Shown: positions 25,074 through 36,300 of the stretch, one piece after another | Layout of the letters: each line of letters opens with the position of its first letter | Numbering within the stretch: position 1 is the stretch's first letter | Assembly: GCF_052425735.1 (NCBI RefSeq) | Contig: NC_135770.1 | Coordinates: 2,170,001 to 2,234,000, forward strand | Length of the DNA: 64,000 bases | Source of the DNA: Oculina patagonica | Lineage: Eukaryota | Direction of reading: 5' to 3' | Position numbers and translations under genes: made by a program | Notes under the pieces: model-generated | Database searches by the model: none | Seen by the model: only the letters and a program-made list of their open reading frames with translations | Told to the model about the DNA's origin: nothing

Positions 25074-28000
25074 TCAAGCTCTATCCTTGAGTTTCAGATC
25101 GCCTGCTATCTCCTTGTAGCTGAACTCATCCTCATCATGGCACTCGTAATGCTTAATCCCAGTAAATGCTTTCTTTAGGGTATCGTTTGAAGCTGCATAA
25201 ATCATCTTTTCTCCAATCTTCATGGTATCAGGACACCTGAAAATATCAAATGAATGCCATTTGCGTGAGTAACAAACTTGAAGACACGCTAACACATGTC
25301 AGGTCATGTGACTGAAACAAGAAATGTAATTCAGTCAGTGAAAAAGCTTGTTGGAAAAATATGTCTACCTTTGTGTGTACATGCATATCTGTCAGGGCAT
25401 TTAAACGTCTGTGGTTCCACAAAATACCTATACACCTACCATGGAGGAAATAATTTTGTAAATTCCAGAGGGGTGGGAAAGGGGTCAAAGTCAAAGGCCT
25501 AGAAAATTGTGGAGGGGAAGTCAGTCTTATAATTTACGCTTTTAGATGGTCAAGTTTGATGCAGTGCAGGTTTTAAACAGAAAGGAAAAAAATTGTGGCC
25601 TTGGTATTTGATACACAAACATGTTGCATTTTAAACTGGTTTTCTTTCTAATTTTTTTTTTTTCGAGGGGCTGGAAATATGTAAGGGGTGGGGGCTTAAT
25701 TTTTTCTTACAAAACATTTTTGTAAGGAAAAAGTAAGTTAAATTAATGAGAGGTAGGGGTCTTATCTGATCTTCCCTCTGTGGTAGGGTTATGAATATTT
25801 TCTGGAACCAGCTTACGTTAGTTGTCATGCCTACTTCCCTGGCAAGTGAATTCAATCAATTAGCCATGTTCAAAACGAGCAGGGGACTGGGTACGAATAT
25901 TCAATATCGATTGCACTGAAAAACTGGGCCCGTCATCTGAAAGAGCATCCAAAAATTAGTAACTCAACCAAATTTGAGTTATTGGTTTAAAGGCAAAGGC
26001 ATGGAACTCTTTTAAAAATCGTTAAAATAAGAGAGCTTAGTATGGCTGGATGGACAGCTGTCCCTCCAATCCATACTAAGCTCTCTTATTTTAGCAATTT
26101 CTAAAAGTGAACCATACCTATGCATTTAAACCAATAACTCTCAAATTTGGTTGAGTTACTAATTTTTGGATGCTCTTTCATACGACGGGCCCAGTTTTTC
26201 AGTGCAATCGATATTGAATATTCGTACCCAGTCCCCTGCTCGTTTTGAACATGGCTAATTTAAAGGAGCTATGTCACAGGGATTTTCTGTTCTGAAATTA
26301 GTGGTAGGAATTTTAACCAATGAAAAACAATTATTATATATTTGAACATCTAAAGTAGATATATTAACCTTTATTTGCAGATAGAAATCCAGCTACAGCT
26401 ATAAATATATATTGATTTTTTGAAGACGCATGGAAACAACTTGAAAAGTTAATCCTTAATTTTTTCAAATTGCAATCCATTTCCATCCAAGCCATCCGCA
26501 GCCAATGACGCTTGTTGACAGTTTCAGTGTTCTAATGTAGCAACTTTTTATACAAATGGACTATTATTTTTAGGTTTCCTGCAACACAAATATAAAACTA
26601 GGCTGTTCAAAAATCTGGTAAAATCCATGACAAAGCCCTTTAATTCAAGTTAATTTATTAGTGATTTCTAAACTGCAAGCTCTGTGGTACATCGACCAAA
26701 AAGAGCCCTGCACTTCCTACACACAGTTATGGCCCCAAAATCCAGCCTATAAGGCTGATGTTGCTACAACAAGTTCTAATGTGTACATAGTGACCAATTC
26801 AATTTTACAAGGCACTTCTCACTTACCAGTATATGTACACGACAACATCTTTACAAGTTCCACTTGACCTCTGATACGACATGTCAAACAGGATGTAACG
26901 AGGTCCTCCGCATTCCAAAATTTCTTTCTTCATCTCATCAAAAATTCTTTCACTTGTTTCTGGTGTTTTGTCTGGACGGGGATCGAAAATCTTTTCCACG
27001 ACAATCTCTTTTTTGTCTTTAATCATCATGATAGCGTGGCCATGTATGTGTTTGTCTTTGATGGCAGTGAACGCTTCCTTGCATTCCTGACTCATTTTGA
27101 TTCCAGATGCCTTAAATTAAGAAAAAAAGAATGATGTACTATGACAACACACTTAACATTAACCATAATTTGTTGTTAGTTGCTCTTGAAACCTGGCACA
27201 GAGCCATAACCAAACCTTTGCCATAGACGAGGCACGATCTTGCCAGGGGGTTCTAGGGGCACACCCTCCAAAAATAAAATTGAAATCTAGAAGCTCTGAG
27301 ACTCTTTTAGAGACATTTTTCATGAGGCATTTCTTGAGAAAACAATCTTGTTCAACTGGGGATTATTTTCCTAACAAAACATATTTTGAGTACGGTTTTG
27401 GGTAAAAATCTAGATGAGGCAAGTACCTCGTCTTGTCTCTTGCTTGTTATAGCCCCGTGGTGGCCACCCATCACACTGAATTGAGATAAATGGGAGAGGT
27501 GTAATCATCACATGGCAGAGTATCCATGTGTGTTTGTATGGCAAACACACATGGCATTACTGGTGTTTTGTCTCTGACGGACTGATCAACGTACCAACTG
27601 ACAGACCAACCAACAGACTTAACATTTTGGTAGTAGTTGAGCTTGAGCACTTGCTTGCCCTTCCAAAGTGCTACCTTAGACATGTGCCCAAATGATGTCA
27701 GAATGCTTTCAGGCTGCACTTGAGTAGACCAGACTGTCCTGATTTCAAGTCAAGTACACTAACCACTAAACTACCAAGTGTCCACCTTTCTTACATGTAG
27801 CTCTCATAGACTTAATCACAGTTTTGCATTCCATCTTGACCGGTAGGCAATGCTGTCAGAATTTACAGTGTTTGTATGGGAATCGGATGGTAAATATTTT
27901 TTTAAAAAATTGGATTCTGAACAACATATAAATTTTTTAGGTTAAAATACCAGAGAAAGGATTGTATTCTCCTAATTTGATGGATGTGGCTGTGCTAGAA

Positions 28001-28244
28001 AGCATCCAGTTATGTTTTAAATTTTCCATACATTTGTCTATATTTTTCAGTAGATTTGCGTTCCGCTTCGGTGAGTTGATGTGGTTCAAAGGAAAAAATT
28101 ATAGACAATTTAATTAGATTCCCATACAAATACTGTAATTTCTGATGGCATTGCCTTCCCGTCTAGGCATACAAAACCGTGATATAAGGTCTATTTAAAT
28201 AATCAACTGCTAATTAAGGACAATCCAATTCAGGTACTTACCAT
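25074..28244 (-). CDS. ADF/cofilin family actin-depolymerising factor, copy A (149 aa)
   Basis: ATG at 28244-28242 (ATG|GTAAGT), exon 27110-26827 and exon 25236-25074. Exon sizes (284 and 163 nt) are identical to copy B. A probable non-coding first exon ends at the donor AG|GTAAG near 31266, in a CpG/GC-box-rich region. Confidence 0.92.
25858..26260. repeat. ~400-bp near-perfect palindrome (foldback MITE)
   Basis: AATTAGCCATGTTCAAAACGAGCAGGGGACTGGGTACG... mirrors ...CGTACCCAGTCCCCTGCTCGTTTTGAACATGGCTAATT. The centre GGACAGCTGTCC lies near 26057. Confidence 0.9.
26264..26639. mobile_element. Kolobok-type MITE (TTAA TSD)
   Basis: TTAA|AGGAGCTATGTCACAGGGATTTT ... AAAATCCATGACAAAGCCCT|TTAA. A similar-style element lies at ~56513-56906. 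Confidence 0.6.
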
Positions 28245-28861
28245 GTTTGCTGTTGGTCAATTGAAATATTTCAATTCCTGCAAAAAAAAGGAATAAACAA
28301 ATAAGGGGTTATAATACATCCAAATATTTATTTCTTTTTTGCAGTATGGTTTGTATCTGGCTAGCTTATTAAAAATTATCTGCCAAAAGCAAACCTTTTC
28401 CAACAAATATGGAAGAGCAAGTTATAAGATCAATGGTAGCAAGATTCAATTCATCGTTTTATTGCAAGAATGCCATTTTGTATGGTCAAAGAATGACCAC
28501 ACTCATTAGGCAATATCAACAACTGACTGTTAAATTACACAAACTGGCAATTAAGTGCAAACTATAGGTTGTTATGAGATAAAAACAGTTGCTATGATAT
28601 ACAAAAACTATGGGATGTAAAAACAAATTGTGTGTTACTAAAAGATTGCGTTACTTGATCATAAAGTTCTTTTAGTAGTTATCTGTTTCTGTGGAGGCAC
28701 AAACTTGCTAGTTTGTTTCGCTTATTTACTTACTTATCCTCATCGGGCCCATGAGGACTCTTGAGGCCGGTTTTCGCTTATTTAGACTGCACAAATTCTT
28801 CTTACAGATGATGCAAGTTACATAGATACTTGAATTAAGGTACAAGACTGGATGTCGACTA

Positions 28862-29076
28862 AAGGTGTGATTACACGACAGAGAAAATTAGGTACGAAAC
28901 CGTCAAAAAATTGGTCCGGACCTAACCACTTTTGTAGAGAAACAGTCAAATCAAAACGGGGCCATAGGCGCCTATGGCCCCGTTTTGTTTTGACTGTTTC
29001 TCTACAAAGTGGTAAGGTCCGGACCAATTTTTTGACGGGTCCGTACCTAATTTTCTCTGTCGTGTAAATGCGCCTT
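28862..29076. mobile_element. Palindromic Harbinger-like MITE
   Basis: AGGTGTGATTACACGACAGAGAAAATTAGGTACG...CGTACCTAATTTTCTCTGTCGTGTAAATGCGCCT, self-complementary about GGGCCATAGGCGCCTATGGCCC. Confidence 0.75.
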
Positions 29077-31766
29077 AAATCTCTACCTAAAATGTCTAGT
29101 ATGAAAAAGGGAATCACCCACACCAAAAATGATGTGTGTGGCATGTAAACAAAAATCATTTAACACACTTCCTATCAAGGGCTTGTCAGGAAGGATAATA
29201 TGAATAACACAAATGCATGAGGATGCACAAAATTTAAGGCAAAATTATATCAAAATAATAAACATGGCATACCCTCCAGTGATTTGTCCCTTTGGTTGTG
29301 AAGTGGTAATCGTTAAAAAAATATGACTGGCAGAGAATTCAGTTCCTTCAATATATAATATTAAAATTGTGCATAGCTCAGCAAGTCAGGACTGCTTTTC
29401 CTTTGTAATAACCTTATTCAGACTTACATCCATAAAAGGAAAATATGACAAACACTGATTGGCTAAAAAGGCATGTTCTTCAGAAAAATATAACATTATT
29501 CTTCATAAATATGAAGTAATATGTGTATCTTAAGAAATGACATATGAATTGTTTTCAAGTAGTTACAAGTAGCAGTTATAGTCATAAAAAAGAAACCAAA
29601 TAAGGAAAAATATGGGGCTACCTGAGTGTTTTGCAAAATCGTAGAATTTTGCCAGATAATTTGCCAACAAGGTCCTTGGCCAGGTTGGCTAAAAAAGGTA
29701 CAGATGATATTCCAGAAGATTGAGCAGGATAATTGTTTTTTTTAATTCAACAAATCACCAATGAAACATAATTTAAATTTACAAAGACTTTGGTTATGCA
29801 GTGTTTTGTAAAACCTGGGACAAATCTCAGCAACCTACGTATATCGCAGGATTTCTGTTGTGTACCAATGACAGATAACATGAACTTTCTGACCATATAT
29901 GGGCATCATACAGATTTGTCAAATTATAATACACAATATTACACAGAATGCAATCAAACATGGCCAAGAACTATTGACATCAATTATGTAAGGAAGGAAT
30001 TAAATCAGTGTTTACTATGGAAATGACATCAGCAATTTATTAACAGTGGTTGCAAAATGCAGACATTACAAAAACCATATAAGGAAAATGCAAAGTATTT
30101 GTCTGAAATCTGATCATAAATACCCATGATGAAACAAGGAAGAAAATTCTGCTTTAGCAGTTGAATGCAGAGTTAAACGCTTGCTTATTTGTTCAACTTC
30201 AAATCTCAAAACCAGGTAGCATTATTCCTCTTGTATTGTGTAAACTTTCCTGCGCAAAAGCCTATTTTCAGCAATTTAATTTTATAATTTCAGTCTAACA
30301 GTAAACACTTAAAAAGTTTTATGCAAATTTTTTAGATTCGAATTGTAATTTTCCGGGCAAGACAACATATATGAAAGCTAGCAGTGAGCTAGCAAGAGCT
30401 TCATAACAAATCAGTTGTTGAATCGAACGCACGTAGCAAAATGTAAAGAACCTTCGATCATATTTTGTGCAAAAGCAGAGATCCTGAGTTAATATACAAA
30501 CTTGCCGAACAACACATTACCATATATGGTCACGAAAATGTTCACCATTGTTCAGGCGGTTTTAATGACAAGCAGTTCTTTTTCTCTTCCTGCAAGCATC
30601 AAGAAACGCTTTTCGTTTCTAAAGACTATCGTTTAATTTCTAAACCTTCTAATACACAACGATTTTTTCAAAAATACTTGAATTCATACGCACTGTGCAC
30701 GAAAAAGCGTTCCAATATTATTGTGTTGCGTGACCCGCCGTAGTCGTGAAAGAAGAACGTACTTTTGCGGTGAACAGAAATCCCGCAAATTGAACGTTTT
30801 TGGCTTCCATACTTAGCTCATTACATACATTCCTCTTTCTTCTGTGCCTGCGTATCTATTCTTGTCTTCAAATGACCTCATTTCACCCTTTTTCACGGTA
30901 AATAACTCAATTGTGAAATGCGAACCAACACGCTTCGACCCTAATCTCTTCTCAAATTTCACAACAAACGAATGCATAGTTTCTATTCCAAGCGATACAT
31001 CGAGTTTTTCCAGCAAATATAAAAACAAACGGGTTACTAAAGTTTCACATGACAGAGTTACTTTTACACTGTGTATCAGACTTTGCTTTGCTATTAGTTT
31101 TTTCCACCCACACCGAGATCGATTTGCGTTCGGTTATTCTTTTCAAAGTTTCGCTTCGATTCGCTTCTGTTGATGCAACTTACGCAAGAAAGAGCCATAA
31201 TTGTTACCAGGGAACACGAAATTACGATCTATATCTGATTATAAGTTAAAATAAGCGAGTCTTACCTTCTGATAAAGTTCTTTCGCAAATTACGCTTTGA
31301 ACGGAGGCGAGTCGCGCCGGGAGGGAAGCTGGAATGTGCACCGCGTTCTTGTAGTGTCAGCGGTGATACCACCCTGACCACCGCCCTTCCGCCCTATGCT
31401 TGTTGCCGGGAGGCGGGTATACCGGGTCATACCGGGTAGGCCTGTCCCGATTCTTCCCGTAAAAATAAATGCTGGAAAGTTGCTCACTGGAATGCCAAAA
31501 AGTTGCTTAAAAAATGATATTTTTTCGTTCTTCACAAAAATTGCTAACATCGGTCAAGAAAAATAGTGAATTTATTTTGTGATATTGGAAAGCAGAGCCC
31601 TAACAGAGACCGATACAATACAACGTTGAATTACTAAATTTTGCGCACTATATTTCGGCTGGCCAAACAAGCCTTCAGGTACAATGGGTTAACATTGGAA
31701 GGAGTGTTTATGTGTTCCGAGTGGTTTTCTTTTCTTGTCTATTACACAACTAAAGAATTTTCCATA

Positions 31767-32285
31767 CCGTAAATGATCTAATATAAAACGCTCACTCTCA
31801 AATAAACGCCTCGTATCTAATAAGCACCTCCCCTGAAGTGTAAAGTTTGTATTAGACGCCCCTCTCCAATAAACGCCAGTGTTTAATAGACGCCCCCTCC
31901 AAGAATCATCTAATAAACCAAGGAAATGCTCCGTAGAGTAAAATCACGTAATTATATAATTAAGTCAGTTTTTTGCTTGACTCGGACATCGAAGAAGCCA
32001 ACAACGCCAACATGGTTGACCCTGATGACGATAAAAACGTCGATATCGAACTATGAACGACATCTCTAGGCTTTGCATCAGTGCAGATTAGATTAGTCTC
32101 CACCTCACCAACTCTGCTATGTATCTTATCTTACTCCGCTAGAAACTACCCATCCTATTTGTTTTGTTGACGTTGTTACTGTTAAATTGAAATAAACGCC
32201 TCTCTCTAATAAACGCCTCATATCTATTTAATTTCCTCCCCAGACCCAAATAGACGCCCCGGGCGTTTATTAGATCATTTACGGG
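31767..32285. mobile_element. Tc1/mariner-pogo-type MITE
   Basis: TA|CCGTAAATGATCTAATA ... TATTAGATCATTTACGG, with TAAACGCC subrepeats. Confidence 0.65.
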
Positions 32286-32586
32286 TATTTGACATAATAA
32301 AGGGCCCCCCAAGGAGGGTCCATATTCTCTTGTTCCTAACAAAATTTTCCTTGTGTTTCGGTGTTCCCTAAAAGTATTTCTTTGATTTTTTGGTGTTCCC
32401 TGTTCCCTGTTACCTTAAATATGCCTCTGTTACCGTGTTTCCAGTTTTATTTTCCTTTTGTTCCCATGTATCCAAAAAGTTAATGTCCATGTTCCTTTGT
32501 TCCTTCTCAAACTCATTTTAAAATAATTCATCAAGTTAAAACAAAGGAGATCATAACCGTGAAGGACGTTTGGATAACCGGTCTTA

Positions 32587-33038
32587 CCGTATTTATTCGA
32601 TTAAGCGCCCTGGGCGCTTATTAAATTTTTAGACCTTGAGAATGGGCGTTTATTCGAGGTGGGCGCTTATATATTAGAGGCTGGGCGCTTATTAAATTTT
32701 CGCCATTTCTCGTAAGCAGTAAGTTTATTTTACAACAAAACTATAAAAAATAATGAAACGTGAAAGTAGAATTTAAACTGTTCATTGAAAGTTTCTTTAA
32801 ATACGAACAAAACTCGGTCTTCGGGGAAGTCTCTTAGTAATACTTAGTCAATTTCAATCTCATTTTCAATAATAATAATCAAAGTACTCCTCTTGTTCAC
32901 TTCAGTATTTTTTGAAGGGAGGTGAGGGTGGGCGCTTATTCGAGGCTGGGCGCTTATTGACTTTTTCTACCTTCAGGGTGGGCGCTTATTCGAGGTGGGC
33001 GCTTATTCGAGGTTGGGCGCTTAATCGAATAAATACGG
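32587..33038. mobile_element. Tc1/mariner-pogo-type MITE (TA TSD)
   Basis: TA|CCGTATTTATTCGATTAAGCGCCC ... GGGCGCTTAATCGAATAAATACGG|TA, with GGGCGCTTATTCGAGG subrepeats. Confidence 0.8.
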
Positions 33039-33329
33039 TAATTAGCATAGATTTTTACGATTTTTTCTCCGTTTACTCCGTAGTTTTTGTTTCGATTGAG
33101 AAGAAATATCAAACACTCAAGACAGTGTTTCATCGGCTATCTTCTCGGTGTTTGGATATCCCGATGAAACACTGCTTCTCGTGTTTGATATACTTATTTA
33201 GACTCGCCTAAGCTTCGTATATCGCGTGACCTAATTATCCATGCTCCGTTTGCTGCAATCACGCGGCTGTCAGGGGATCACTAAAACAATTCCGCTTTCA
33301 CTTTGGAATATCATAAAGATTCTACAATC

Positions 33330-36300
33330 ATGGCGAGGTTGTTAATCTACAGTTTGCTGTTGTTGCTTGCTGTTCTTCACGTCTCCTGCTTTCAAACGGA
33401 GATATTCTACAAGATCCGCCAGTTAGTGTTCAAACATCAACATTCAATTCAAGCGCGTCATGATTTAATCGATGAATACACTATAGAGCAACCGGTAGAT
33501 CACTTTGAACCCTCACAGAAGACGTTCAGACAGCGTTATTGGGTAAATGCTAACTACTGGAGGAAGAGCGATGGACCAGTCTTCTTATACATAGGCGGAG
33601 AGTCCGAAATGTCTGCGGGTTTTATAGATGGTGGTATGTGAAAATTGCTTCATTGATTACTGCTGTTGTGTTTGTTGAATCAGTCTGTGTGCAGACACTG
33701 TGCAAACGTCCAAGGCCTCATTTTTTTACGCGAGAATTCGATGAAATTGGCTCATTTGAAATTGCTTAGTTTGCATAAAGACACGTTCTGTATGTATCTT
33801 TATTCGCAATTCGTATTAGTAGTCTTTCGAAGTTTGTCACGGGCCGTTTGGGTACTGGAACGAAAGAAACATAACGGAAATAGACATGTCTGGTGAGTGC
33901 GTGACAGACGCGTCTGTTTTTAGCTCTCCTTATCCACCCCCACTCCGTTGCGTTTGCACTCGCTCAAATCCTTCGCGGGCTCCGGAAACTTTTAAAGCTG
34001 TACAAACACGCATGAATATAAAAAGGTTTATTTTGCCTTCATTAAGCGTCCTCCCTTGAGCCCCTAAAATAAAATACGTTCTCGGGCGCTAACCGGGGGG
34101 GGGGGGGGGGCACTAACGAACCATTGCGGTATTTTTCAAAGGGACAACAAGACCGATCTATTTTAGAATACTTTAGCACAAGATAGGGAGAACAATAGCA
34201 AAGGAAAGTCATTTTATCATTAAAATAAATGGAAATATTGTTGGTCAGTGCACTTACCTACATCAACCTAGTTTTCACTCATGCACGCCACTCAAATTGA
34301 AACGAAGTTACTGCATTAGTTATTGCTTTATCCATTCACTTTTATTGTAAGGACTATGGTATAGATTTCAGAACAGTTTTTCATTAATGTATTTATTTGT
34401 TAACTTACACCGGATTTTTCTTAGGAGGAGGTGCACTAAGGATTGGAATAACTGACCTTTTTGCGGAATACCACTTCTACTAGAAAGCCACAGGTCATCT
34501 CAGGGCGGACGGAGGGGGGGGGGGGGTCGCACCCCCTGCACCATCCCTATAAATCTGCCCCTAAACTGTGTAAGGGAGATTGATATATCTCAGTTTTACT
34601 GGTGTTAATTTGTTTTAGGGAATATCGTTGAACTGGCAGAACAGTATGGAGGTCTAATCTTCGGAGTGGAACATCGCTACTATGGGCTAAGCACTTTTGA
34701 GAACTGTTTGGAAAACGAGAATCTCGTTTTTCTTTCAAGTCAGCAAGCGTAAGTTGTCAAGGGAGCAGTGTTTATATAACGCGAAAAACATATATCACGT
34801 ATTTCCTAGGTTTAGGTACATGAAAGGGTAGGGAAATCTGCCATTTAAGTTTTTCAAACGAACACACATAATGGCTGTTAGGTATATGTCGTGTCATTTA
34901 GGTATATGAAAGAGTAGCCTGCGTTGCAGACGAACTAAACCCCGGTATAGTCGAGGATTTAGTGACACGTCCGGCTGCAACGGAAGCTAATGAAAGAGGT
35001 ATCTGTTTTTTTAAAAAAAAGGTATAAGAAAGGGTTACCTTTTCTGTCAAAATGGTATATAAAAGGGTAAGGGGTTGGAGCTCGGGGCGGAGCCTCCCCG
35101 GATAAAATGTTTTTGAGTAGCCCCCGGGGAACAAGCTCGTGTCCAGGGTCTTCTGCGCTTTAATGTCAGCCGTCTTCCCTCCTCGAGTCCCCCTTCGTCT
35201 GCTTGACACACTTTGGGGATAATTATTCATTATTGATATCGCTATCTTCTGGATAAATCTCTATCCAGTGGTTAGTGCAGTTAGTTTTGTCAACATTTAT
35301 CCACTGGATAGCGATTTACCCGGTGGATATCCAACCTGTGAACAACCTGACCCGGATTTACCTAAAATGATCACGTGCCATATTCTTGCAATCAATCTGG
35401 TTTTATTAGCACTTAATATATAGAGTGACGTCTGGTACGAGCATTTCTTGAACAAGAGATCAGGCAGCAGGCACACCAAGCAGTTTCTTTCTTCGTTGCC
35501 TAGTCCCCTGCATCCAAACTGTTTTTGTAATTCTTCGTCTGTTATACTATGAAGCCTCCCAAAAAGTTACACGCTGACGGAACAGGTGAGCTCTTCTGAT
35601 TGGAAATGATGCCACGAACTTTTCTTTCGTTTTTAGCTTGGCTGACTTGGCCGAATTCTGTGTCTTTGCCCGGGAAATGTACAACCTCACAGATCGAAAT
35701 AAATGGATTGCATATGGCGGCTCGTACCCAGGATCACTGGCGGCTTGGTTCAGACTCAAGGTAGACAGATACCATTGACCCATTGTGCATTTATTAAACG
35801 TATCGTTGCATTTTGTTGGATTTATTTTAGATGCAACATTAACAAACAATTTACATGTAATAAAACTAACTTAATTAGAAAAAAAAAAACTACTCAGAAA
35901 AGTGAAAAATAATGGAGCTGAAAATACTGTGGAATCCTCATTACTGAAATCTCGAATTTTCATGGCAAACCTCCTGAAAACTCGAACCAAAACCAGTTTC
36001 CCTTCCTCAGTCGAGCACTGTATTGTTACCTCCGATTTTTTCCCTTGGAAGCTCGAAAAAACGGGATTCTACTGTAAATTTTTTTTTTCAAGCGAAGCAC
36101 TTCTCCCTTGTGAATGTTCTAATTTATCATTGATTACGTTTTTTTTCCAGTACCCTCACCTTGTGTCGGGAGCAGTTGCGTCATCAGCTCCAGTTCAGGC
36201 TAAGACGGACTTCCAGGGTTACAACAATGTAAGTTATCTATTGGCTCGTACCCAGTCACGCGCGGTGTACGTGGAGTTGTTAAACGGAGACAAACTCTCT

